Shown here: positions 56,459 to 64,000 of the stretch, piece by piece
How positions within the stretch are numbered: the stretch's first letter is position 1
Layout of the letters: each line of letters starts with the position of its first letter
Source: a virus
Reading direction: 5' to 3' (one strand)
Length of the DNA stretch: 64,000 bases
Virus record (IMG/VR): IMGVR_UViG_3300005529_000024
Coordinates: 64,001 to 128,000 of that record
Notes under the pieces: generated by a model
Seen by the model: the letters and a program-made list of their open reading frames with translations, nothing else
Database searches by the model: none
What the model was told of the DNA's origin: nothing
Position numbers and translations under genes: made by a program

Positions 56459-56488
56459 TATCCTACCTTTTGCTTTTTCGCGTCTTGC
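56459..56488 (+). promoter_or_regulatory. Phage-specific promoter-like motif, copy 4
   Basis: TATCCTACCTTTTGCTTTTTCGCGTCTTGC heading the operon that leads to terminase and portal. Confidence 0.7.
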
Positions 56489-56528
56489 CTACTAAAGATC
56501 CAAATTAATAAAAACTAAGGAAAATAAT

Positions 56529-56885
56529 ATGAAATCCTGCATCTTTACTGATAATGATGCTGTTAACTCTCTGTTTTCATTAGAGAATCAGAAATTGTGC
56601 CCATGTGATGGTATGATTATGTTCCGAAGGCGTAATTATCTGGCTACCCGTCCGGATGTACGAGCTAAGTATGGGTTTGATTTACTGGTCTGTAACGCAC
56701 ATTCTAACCTTCTCAAGGAAATTGAGCCACAGCTTACTCTTGAGCAGTTTATACGACAAATTGGGCCAAATTACGAGGCTTTATGCCCATCCTGCAATAT
56801 GTGGGTGGTTCTGGACCATTTTAAGTTTAATACCCATGGTACAGGTCGTAGTGGTATTTGTCGATTGAGCGACAACGATGTTTAA
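56529..56885 (+). CDS. Hypothetical Cys/His protein
   Basis: AAGGA RBS; CPC, CNAH, CPSC. Confidence 0.55.
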   Translation: MKSCIFTDNDAVNSLFSLENQKLCPCDGMIMFRRRNYLATRPDVRAKYGFDLLVCNAHSNLLKEIEPQLTLEQFIRQIGPNYEALCPSCNMWVVLDHFKFNTHGTGRSGICRLSDNDV

Positions 56886-56917
56886 TCCTGCCTTTATTCC
56901 TGTTTTTATCGGTGAGT

Positions 56918-58519
56918 ATGAAAAATAAATTAACAAAGTCTCAGAAAAGAATTTTATCCATATACATAAAGCTTTCTAAAAAGAATGGCGTCTATCCATC
57001 CAGATCTGAACTTCTGCGCGAGGGTGTGAGCCGTGATCAAGTACGTTCTGCATTCGGGTCTTTGTCTCAATTAAAGAACGTGGCGTTTACTACATATCCG
57101 GATGTCTTTAAGGGCATTATCGATGAAACCTTGGTATCAGATGATGCGATCCAAAATTTAAAACAAGAAGTAAGGGGTTATAATAAATTTGTTATAACCA
57201 CAGCAATTGGTGGTGGTAAAGTTCATTCCAAGTTTCATTCGAGTCTGAAAAAGTATTGCGAGTTAAACAATGCAAAGCTCTTGATTCTGATGGCTGAAGA
57301 TCCGGCATCGATCAGGAAATTTAAGATTCCAAATGGTCTTGAAGAAGAGCAGTTTGTTTTCTCTGATATCAAATTAAATTCAAATATCTTCATCTCTACA
57401 ATTAAATTATCTGCTAAGCAAATCGATCCTATGACTGGATTGTCCAGGTTAGGAAAGCGCGAGGGATCGTTTATTTATGCATCTCCGAAGCAACGATTAG
57501 TCTTCGTCCCGATAGGCTCTACTCTTCCTCACGCGATCATGACTACAGGAGCTATCACTCTCCCTGATTATCAGACTGAGCATTACATGAGCGAGCGTAC
57601 AGCTTGGATTGCAAAACAAGACCATGTAATGGGCGCTGTAATTGTCGAGGTCGAGGATGAGGAGATCTACCACTTTAGACAGATTCAAGCAGAAAAGAAT
57701 GGATCTTTTATAGATCTTGGGAAACAATACACAGAGAATGGCGTTATTGATGTAAGACCATCTGCGTTCATTCTTGGTGATTGGCATTCTGGTGAAACCG
57801 ATCCAACAGCGAAAACTTCTTGGAAAGAAGTTGTTGATGCTGTAAAACCCAGAATCCTCGTTCTTCATGATGCTTTCAATGGTAAATCAATAAATCATCA
57901 TGAGAAGGGTCGTAAGATCAAGCGAGCGAAATTTTATCGTGATAATTTACTGTCGCTTAAAGATGAACTTAAAAAGTTTGCTGAAGATTTAAACGAACTG
58001 TCAACATGGGCTGATCAGGTAGTGATAGTTAAATCAAATCATGATGAGTTCTTAGAAGAGATTCTAGAAGATGGTCGGTATATAAACGATCCGATAAACT
58101 TCGAAATTTGTACGAAACTAGCTTTAGCTATGCTGAATGGTTCATCACCATTACGAATTGGTGCTGAGATATCAGGCTTGTCAGCGACTAATATAGTGTG
58201 GCTCAAAAGGGATGATGATTTTGAAATCGCTCGTATCCAGTTAGGGGCACATGGAGATAAGGGGCCAAATGGAGCGAGAGGGAGTATAAAGAATCTTGAG
58301 TCATCCTATGGTAATTGTGTAATTGGTCACTCACATTCTCCTGGTATTCTAAGAGGATGCTGGCAAGTTGGAACAAGTAGTCTTTTTAATTTGGGATATA
58401 ACGTTGGTCCGTCATCCTGGTTGCATACAAGCTGTCTGTTGTACCATACAGGAGCACGTCAGTTAATACATTCTATTGAAGGTAGATGGAGATCTAAAAA
58501 TGGAAATAAAGCTAGTTAA
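56918..58519 (+). CDS. T5 A1-like protein (metallophosphoesterase-fold nuclease)
   Basis: FVITTA, DPMTGL, MTTGAIT..DY, GAVIVE...FRQ, GDWH, SNHD, HGDKGPNGARG, GHSHSP. Confidence 0.75.
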   Translation: MKNKLTKSQKRILSIYIKLSKKNGVYPSRSELLREGVSRDQVRSAFGSLSQLKNVAFTTYPDVFKGIIDETLVSDDAIQNLKQEVRGYNKFVITTAIGGGKVHSKFHSSLKKYCELNNAKLLILMAEDPASIRKFKIPNGLEEEQFVFSDIKLNSNIFISTIKLSAKQIDPMTGLSRLGKREGSFIYASPKQRLVFVPIGSTLPHAIMTTGAITLPDYQTEHYMSERTAWIAKQDHVMGAVIVEVEDEEIYHFRQIQAEKNGSFIDLGKQYTENGVIDVRPSAFILGDWHSGETDPTAKTSWKEVVDAVKPRILVLHDAFNGKSINHHEKGRKIKRAKFYRDNLLSLKDELKKFAEDLNELSTWADQVVIVKSNHDEFLEEILEDGRYINDPINFEICTKLALAMLNGSSPLRIGAEISGLSATNIVWLKRDDDFEIARIQLGAHGDKGPNGARGSIKNLESSYGNCVIGHSHSPGILRGCWQVGTSSLFNLGYNVGPSSWLHTSCLLYHTGARQLIHSIEGRWRSKNGNKAS

Positions 58520-59022
58520 GCAGTTTAAGCGAGGTCCGTATATCATAAAGCACGAAATCTGGAGCTTAGATGGTAATCCGGATACATTTATGAAGGCCGC
58601 GTATTCAGTTGATGGCGTATATATTGGTCTTACAAAAGATGCACATCATCTTTATAAAACTTTTGGCATAGAAGAGTTTTATGGGCGCACACCTCAATCT
58701 GTAGTATGTACCATCGGCTATTCACCTAAAAATAAGAAATGGTATGGGTGGAGCCATAGAGCTATTCATGGATTCAAGACAAAACGTGCGGCTATAAATT
58801 TTGCAGAGAAGGTATCTTAGGAGAATACGGATGTTAGATGATAGCGAGGGCGAGTATCCTCCAGGACATCCTAAAGCTCAAGTTTTGGGGTGTATGTGTG
58901 ATCCAATAAAGAATCGTTGTGGCGTTGGAAGTAGATTATTTCCAGGAGCATTTTTTCGGGTCACAACATGGATAATATCAAAAGATTGTCCAATTCATCG
59001 TTTAAGTAAGGAAGAAGTATGA
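58500..59022 (+). other. Two small hypothetical genes (58500-58820 and about 58830-59022)
   Basis: WYGWSHRAIHGF motif; PG.P.A...GC.C...CPIH motif. Confidence 0.5.
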
Positions 59023-59267
59023 CGTTTCATGAATATCTGAAAAATCTAGAAACATGCTATGCTCTTTTATTTTTGCGCCGATCTGGTCCTGAAGAAGCTC
59101 CTCTTTGTGTGCTTGGTACAATCATAGTACACGATGACTTCGTTTTAATTCGGGATGTGGACAACAAAGAGTGTGCATATCTATGTACAGAGATTGTCGG
59201 TGTCGCTCGAATGAGTGCGGAAGAATATGAATTAGCTAAAGCAGAAACAGAGGCTTTAGAAGAGTGA
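59019..59267 (+). CDS. Single Sm/Hfq-like domain protein (paralog of the 34044 repeats)
   Basis: TFHEYLKNL...LGTIIVHDDFVLIR...Y aligns with TFKQYCESL...IGTLIVHEDFVVFR...Y. Confidence 0.5.
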   Translation: MTFHEYLKNLETCYALLFLRRSGPEEAPLCVLGTIIVHDDFVLIRDVDNKECAYLCTEIVGVARMSAEEYELAKAETEALEE

Positions 59268-59860
59268 AGAAATCATCTCGTTCCGGCAAACGTAAATGTA
59301 AGCGATGTAAGGAGCTTTTTCTCAGGAAGAAGGGTGATCCATTACTCTGTGAGAGATGTAGATTCCATTGCTCCAGATGTGATTCCTTATTAACGCTGGA
59401 TGAGATAAAAGATAAACAGACTCATTGTAATAACTGTTCTCAAGAAGTCGCCATAAACAAAGAGAACAATGTCCACAATAAGGATTACGCCTTATTAAGA
59501 ACATACGGCATTACATACAATGAATACCTAAAGTTACTCGAAGATCAAAATGGCCTTTGCTGGATATGCCGAAAACCTCCAATGAATATCTCATTGAGTG
59601 TTGACCATAAGCATGAAGCAGGGGAGAACAAGAAGAATCCTAGAAGAAAGAGACATCGCGTAAGGGGTCTTTTATGCTGGCTGTGCAATACAGCGTTAAG
59701 ACATTATTTCGATGATCCAATTCTCCTAAGAAGAGCAGCAGAATATTTGGAAGTTCTACCAGCACAAAAAGTCTTATATCCGGAACACAGAATATTAGTA
59801 GACAATGGTGGATCTATTCTGCCGAATATTAACCAGAAGGAAAACAGGGATTGTACTTAA
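59264..59860 (+). CDS. Endonuclease VII-like (resolvase / HNH-fold) protein
   Basis: YGIT..EY...QNGLCWIC...VDHKH...VRGLLCWLCN...AAEYL. Confidence 0.85.
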   Translation: MKKSSRSGKRKCKRCKELFLRKKGDPLLCERCRFHCSRCDSLLTLDEIKDKQTHCNNCSQEVAINKENNVHNKDYALLRTYGITYNEYLKLLEDQNGLCWICRKPPMNISLSVDHKHEAGENKKNPRRKRHRVRGLLCWLCNTALRHYFDDPILLRRAAEYLEVLPAQKVLYPEHRILVDNGGSILPNINQKENRDCT

Positions 59861-59866
59861 CTTAAG

Positions 59867-60592
59867 ATGTCGAAGAACGTGAAAGAAAAAATTATACCTA
59901 TTGACTCGCATACCCAAGAAAGTTTTAATGCTCGCGTATTACCGTTGTATTTAGCGCGGCGTTCAGGTGTTGATAACTCTATCGAGCTATTTGATTTACT
60001 AAGTCATATCGTTAATATCGTAGCTCCCAGATCGTTTCCATCTGTATCAGAATTTGATGCAGACGATTTGAAATCAAGAGGTAGAGAGTACCTGTGGAAG
60101 AAGATTAAGAATAATGATCTTCCAGATATAGAATCAGGGTTCTTCAATTATTTCTATGAATGTATTAAGAATGAAATGCTTCGTGAGTTAAAGGGTATCA
60201 ATCAGCAGATATTCGAGTCTGGTAACGCTTCTGTTGAATGCCCGTCTATGTCAAAGCTATACACGGTTGATAATGTCGAGAATTACATTACAGCTTACGA
60301 GGTATTGCAGAACCTGTATATGGAGATCGTTGCTGAGATTAGATTCGGGGATAATGAGTTCCTTCTTTGCAAATATATTCTATCTCGCATATTGATTTCT
60401 GAGGTCATCTCTCCACGTCATATAAAACGTGCTTATGGTATACAAAATTACAAATTCTACGTGGATTATATCCAAGTAAAAATAAAGTCTAAGCTTTATA
60501 AATATAGAGACATATTAACCAAGATGGGTTGCAACATAGCAGAGATCTCCCAACAATATTTATTGGAGCCAGAAAATAATGCGGATCTATGA
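59867..60592 (+). CDS. Second sigma-like transcription factor
   Basis: DADDLKSRG...FFNYFYECIKNEMLREL region-2-like segment. Confidence 0.55.
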   Translation: MSKNVKEKIIPIDSHTQESFNARVLPLYLARRSGVDNSIELFDLLSHIVNIVAPRSFPSVSEFDADDLKSRGREYLWKKIKNNDLPDIESGFFNYFYECIKNEMLRELKGINQQIFESGNASVECPSMSKLYTVDNVENYITAYEVLQNLYMEIVAEIRFGDNEFLLCKYILSRILISEVISPRHIKRAYGIQNYKFYVDYIQVKIKSKLYKYRDILTKMGCNIAEISQQYLLEPENNADL

Positions 60593-60950
60593 TGACGTAA
60601 AGATATTCGAAAAATATTCTGGTGGAATTATTGATCCTGTTGAGCTTCTATTGCTGTATTCTTCCCGGATGACTTTACTACCTGAGCTATATGATGCTTT
60701 GGGTAGAGAGTATGCACTTAGATTCCTGGACATATTCTCTGGTCGTACTATCAGTATCCCGTCTCAGGAAGCGATGAATCGTGATTTACGCGATGTTGCT
60801 ATCTTTCTGAGAATTCATAAGAACGATACGCCAGAGCGTAGAAAAGAGATTGCTCAGAAATATGACATCACGTTAGAGAACCTTGATCGTATTTACAAGG
60901 CAGTAAATGATGTTGTTTCTAATGTTGCTAAATTCAAGTTTAATGGTTAG
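60579..60950 (+). CDS. Mor/C-like transcription activator
   Basis: LGREYALRFLDIFSGRTISIP...RDVAIF...EIAQKYDIT...LDRI. Confidence 0.7.
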   Translation: MRIYDDVKIFEKYSGGIIDPVELLLLYSSRMTLLPELYDALGREYALRFLDIFSGRTISIPSQEAMNRDLRDVAIFLRIHKNDTPERRKEIAQKYDITLENLDRIYKAVNDVVSNVAKFKFNG

Positions 60951-60956
60951 AGGTTT

Positions 60957-61457
60957 ATGGAAGACGATACTACGCGAGATCTAGATAAAGCTTTAGATAC
61001 GATACGAGCTATATGTACAACGAAAGCGACAGAAGCATTAGCCAAAGAAGAAGTTGAGAAGATCCTATCTGACCATCAACTAAAGTTAAAGTTATTCATG
61101 GCTGCGTTTTCTCTTAAGCGCGTTAATAGTATTATCCGTGTCGCTAAGATGCAGGATTTCATCGAAGAGAAGCTACTTGATCCTGAACGTTGGAAAAATG
61201 CCAGTAATAAAGATTTGCTCAAGCTTCTTGTTAAGCTTAATGACATTGTTGCTCAGAATATGGATTACTTCAGTCAGATTCTTGGCGGTGACACACAGTT
61301 TGATCCGAATCTATTAGTTGTTCTTCTCGGTGACAAATCCAAAGCAGAGGATAAGGAAAAGACAGTCAAGAGGTTGGAAGATCTTTCTCCTGAATCACGA
61401 GAGAAGATTCGATCTAAATTTTCTGATTTGCTTGGCTCATTAAAGAATGATGGATGA
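60957..61457 (+). CDS. Putative terminase small subunit
   Basis: Helical protein overlapping the start of the large terminase. Confidence 0.45.
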   Translation: MEDDTTRDLDKALDTIRAICTTKATEALAKEEVEKILSDHQLKLKLFMAAFSLKRVNSIIRVAKMQDFIEEKLLDPERWKNASNKDLLKLLVKLNDIVAQNMDYFSQILGGDTQFDPNLLVVLLGDKSKAEDKEKTVKRLEDLSPESREKIRSKFSDLLGSLKNDG

Positions 61458-63462
61458 TAAAAAACTAACGAAAGAAGAAGAGAACTTACTTAAAAAATTA
61501 AGCGATGACTCTAATAATGACACGAGAGAATTTTTCGATTCGTTATCTCTTCATGAACGTGAAGTTGCCTTACAGATTATCAAAGAGATGGAGAGTACTG
61601 GAAAGTCTGATACCTATGACCTTCTTTGGGAAACAGACTTTGTGCGGAAACCAGCTACTCCAAAAGAGTTTTTAGAAGATCATGCTTATCTAGGTAAGGA
61701 TATCACGAGCAAGCTCTATGATCCTTGGAAGGAAGTCTTATGCACAGCGTTGGATGCCAAGAATGAGATCAATGAGTTAGTGTTATCTGGGGCTATCGGT
61801 ATCGGTAAGTCTACTGTGGCGAATGTGGCTATGATGTATAAGCTATATTCGTTGTCTTGTCTTAAAAACCCACAGAAGTACTACCATAAGATGGAGCACA
61901 TAACAATCACCTTTGCCTTGTTCAGTGCCACATTGCAGGTGATCTCCAATACAACATTCTCCGATCTTCTCGGTATGTTCAATGCAAGTCCATATTTTAA
62001 CGAGTTCTATAACTCCAAAGACGCAAAGAAAATCGTACTCCAGGATAAGCGCGTTGACGTGAAACTCGGTAGCCAAGAGTTGCACGAACAGGGATTGCAT
62101 GTCTTTGCTTGCGTATTGGATGAAACAAACTACATGCGTCAAGCTGGAGAATATCAGCGAGCATTCAACATCTATAGTCAGTTGATGTCTCGTATGAAGT
62201 CCCGGTTCATGTACAAAGGTAAAATACCTGGACTCCTCTGTCTCGTTTCGTCTTCGAAGAGTACAGCCGACTATATCGATGACCATATTTCTAAGGTTAA
62301 AAACAATAAGAATGCTTTGGTAAAGAGCTTTCCTATTTGGGTTGTTCGTGGATTTAAGAAGGGCGTTTCATCTGAAGTTTATTGCGGGGATACATTCAAG
62401 GTTGATTCTGGTGATCAGTTTCATTCACCAAAGATTATTACAGAAGATTCTCCTAGTGTGTCTGGAGAAGAGAATGTAATTGAGATTCCTGTTGAATACC
62501 ATTCTGAGTTTGAACGTGATATCTATACGGCTTTAAGGGATGTTGCTGGTCGATCCAGTCAACCTAATAATCCTCTTATCCCGAATAAACTATTGATAGC
62601 AGCTTGTAGGGATATCACACGTAAACATCCATTTAGTGTTGAATCAGCTATCATCGATATGTCCGATGAGAGTAAGACCATCCAAGATTATTTCCTGGTG
62701 GATGAACTCTTCGTCCGGGAGTTTGGCAATTATCGGTTAAAAGTCAATCCTAGTACGTTTAGGTACGCTCACATAGATATCGGGTTGAGGGGTCCAAGTA
62801 ATGATGGGGACCCTGCTGCTATGTCTGTCGGGCATTATGCTGGTACGAAATCAGTTATAAGATACTTGCCTGATGGTCGGCCTTATAGCATTCCTGCTGT
62901 GCAGATCTATATTGACTTTATGATCCAGATGAAGCCACAGAAGGGATCTAAACTTGATATCTCTAAGATCCTGGAATTCATCTTTTTCCTTGAGAACATG
63001 GGCATGAATTTCGCTCGTGTTACATATGATACTTTCCAATCTGAGAGCAGTCTACAGACATTACAGAAGCTTAAGATTGAATCAGGGATTCTATCAACGG
63101 TAAGAGATGACCATGCATATCTAGAGCTACGAAGTTGTTATACGGAACAGCGTATAAGCGTTTATGAATATCCTCTGTATGAGGAGGAGTTAGCAAGGCT
63201 TGAGCATACTCCAGCCAAGAAGAAAGTTGACCATCCTCCCAGAGGTAGTAAGGATATAACCGATACCGTTGCTGGTGTCGTTGAAAACATAATCATGCAC
63301 GAGAATACAAGTATTACTGAACGAGAAATTATTGATTCTGAAGAGATGTTAAAACTTCAAGACCTTCAGAACAGAAGAGATAATGAAGACATGTTCATTC
63401 TAAACGATTACGAGCGGAATCTAGGCGAATTCGATGATCGTGAGATGACAGATTTGATATAA
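61447..63462 (+). CDS. terL: Terminase large subunit
   Basis: SGAIGIGKST, VLDE, LVSS; nuclease HIDIG, TYDTFQS, KVDHPP.GSKDITD. Confidence 0.9.
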   Translation: MMDDKKLTKEEENLLKKLSDDSNNDTREFFDSLSLHEREVALQIIKEMESTGKSDTYDLLWETDFVRKPATPKEFLEDHAYLGKDITSKLYDPWKEVLCTALDAKNEINELVLSGAIGIGKSTVANVAMMYKLYSLSCLKNPQKYYHKMEHITITFALFSATLQVISNTTFSDLLGMFNASPYFNEFYNSKDAKKIVLQDKRVDVKLGSQELHEQGLHVFACVLDETNYMRQAGEYQRAFNIYSQLMSRMKSRFMYKGKIPGLLCLVSSSKSTADYIDDHISKVKNNKNALVKSFPIWVVRGFKKGVSSEVYCGDTFKVDSGDQFHSPKIITEDSPSVSGEENVIEIPVEYHSEFERDIYTALRDVAGRSSQPNNPLIPNKLLIAACRDITRKHPFSVESAIIDMSDESKTIQDYFLVDELFVREFGNYRLKVNPSTFRYAHIDIGLRGPSNDGDPAAMSVGHYAGTKSVIRYLPDGRPYSIPAVQIYIDFMIQMKPQKGSKLDISKILEFIFFLENMGMNFARVTYDTFQSESSLQTLQKLKIESGILSTVRDDHAYLELRSCYTEQRISVYEYPLYEEELARLEHTPAKKKVDHPPRGSKDITDTVAGVVENIIMHENTSITEREIIDSEEMLKLQDLQNRRDNEDMFILNDYERNLGEFDDREMTDLI

Positions 63463-63477
63463 ACAAAAGGGATCAAA

Positions 63478-64000
63478 ATGGGAATTAGGGCTAGTGTTTC
63501 TGAATTAGTACAAAAATATTTTGGGTACTCCTTACCAAGCTATGTGACTTCTGATCAGACTTCAAAGGAAGATTGGCAGACACCTACATATGAATGGTAT
63601 TTGGATGCTATTAAGATCGGGCATTCAAGGCAATTACTCTATACTGATGTCGAGGAAATGGATAACTACTCTGACATTTGCGCTGCTTTGGATATTTACT
63701 CCGATGATGCCTGTCAACATGACTACCAGACAAGTAGAACAATATGGGTGGATTCTGCGGATAATTTTATTTCTGACACCTTAAATGAGATGTTTGATAA
63801 TCTTCAATTCGAGGATTATATCTGGGGCTTCTCTCGTTCTCTTGCCAAATATGGCGATCTCTTCTTGAGAAACTATATTAAGGAAGATGACGGCATTGTT
63901 CATCTGGAATGGTGTGATCCTAAGATTGTCTCCAGGGATGAGGATAAGTTCAGGGTCCTGCGTGGATATCAGATCTCTTCTAAGACTTCATCAAAGAATC
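63478..64000 (+). CDS. Portal protein, N-terminal part (3'-truncated; T4 gp20-like)
   Basis: Open frame from ATG 63478: ...YTDVEEMDNYSDICAALDIYSDD...WGFSRSLAKYGDLF; follows terL; missing from the ORF track because there is no stop. Confidence 0.85.
   Translation, partial: MGIRASVSELVQKYFGYSLPSYVTSDQTSKEDWQTPTYEWYLDAIKIGHSRQLLYTDVEEMDNYSDICAALDIYSDDACQHDYQTSRTIWVDSADNFISDTLNEMFDNLQFEDYIWGFSRSLAKYGDLFLRNYIKEDDGIVHLEWCDPKIVSRDEDKFRVLRGYQISSKTSSKN

Noticed and set aside
36751-63462. Inteins or introns in the polymerase, RecA, NrdJ or terminase genes
   Set aside because: Lengths and motif spacing are ordinary; no intein end motifs or split frames were seen.
63590-63784. ORF-track 64-aa ORF
   Set aside because: Out-of-frame shadow inside the portal gene that starts at 63478.
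1-64000. Stop-codon reassignment
   Set aside because: Long conserved genes are intact under code 11 and TAA, TAG and TGA all end genes next to new RBSs; no suppressor tRNA is present.

Overview
This 64-kb window is an AT-rich (roughly 38-40% GC by eye), densely coding, genetic-code-11 segment of a large tailed dsDNA phage with a contractile tail. It runs from the 3' end of the tape-measure gene to the 5' end of the portal gene, so it probably holds most of the genome except the head/neck/sheath block. Layout: (1) 1-23.4 kb, baseplate, receptor-binding and fibre genes, lysis genes, a DarG-like macrodomain and a degenerate PurD-like ATP-grasp gene; (2) 23.4-27.7 kb, small mostly minus-strand genes and an origin-like intergenic region; (3) 27.7-50.5 kb, replication, recombination and nucleotide metabolism (SF2 helicase, DnaB-like helicase, primase, sigma-like factor, RtcB, UDG-PolA fusion, SSB, RecA, 5'-3' exonuclease, SbcCD, NrdJ, ThyX); (4) 50.5-64 kb, a tRNA, accessory genes, a T5 A1-like protein, EndoVII, a second sigma-like factor, a Mor-like activator, terminase and portal. 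The main unexplained signal is a 14-residue repeat (R/K-x-F-N/D-Y/D-E-F/Y-L) with a near-invariant Glu. It builds two long scaffold proteins, is grafted onto the ends of baseplate proteins, flanks the break in a split gpI-like gene and appears as a free 14-codon micro-ORF, suggesting a modular template-based fibre system. Other highlights are a probably leaderless tRNA-Ile(UAU) with a long variable arm, an unassigned ~150-nt structured RNA, Sm/Hfq-like proteins beside rtcB, and a four-copy phage-specific promoter-like motif. All family calls come from recognising motifs by eye, not from database searches.
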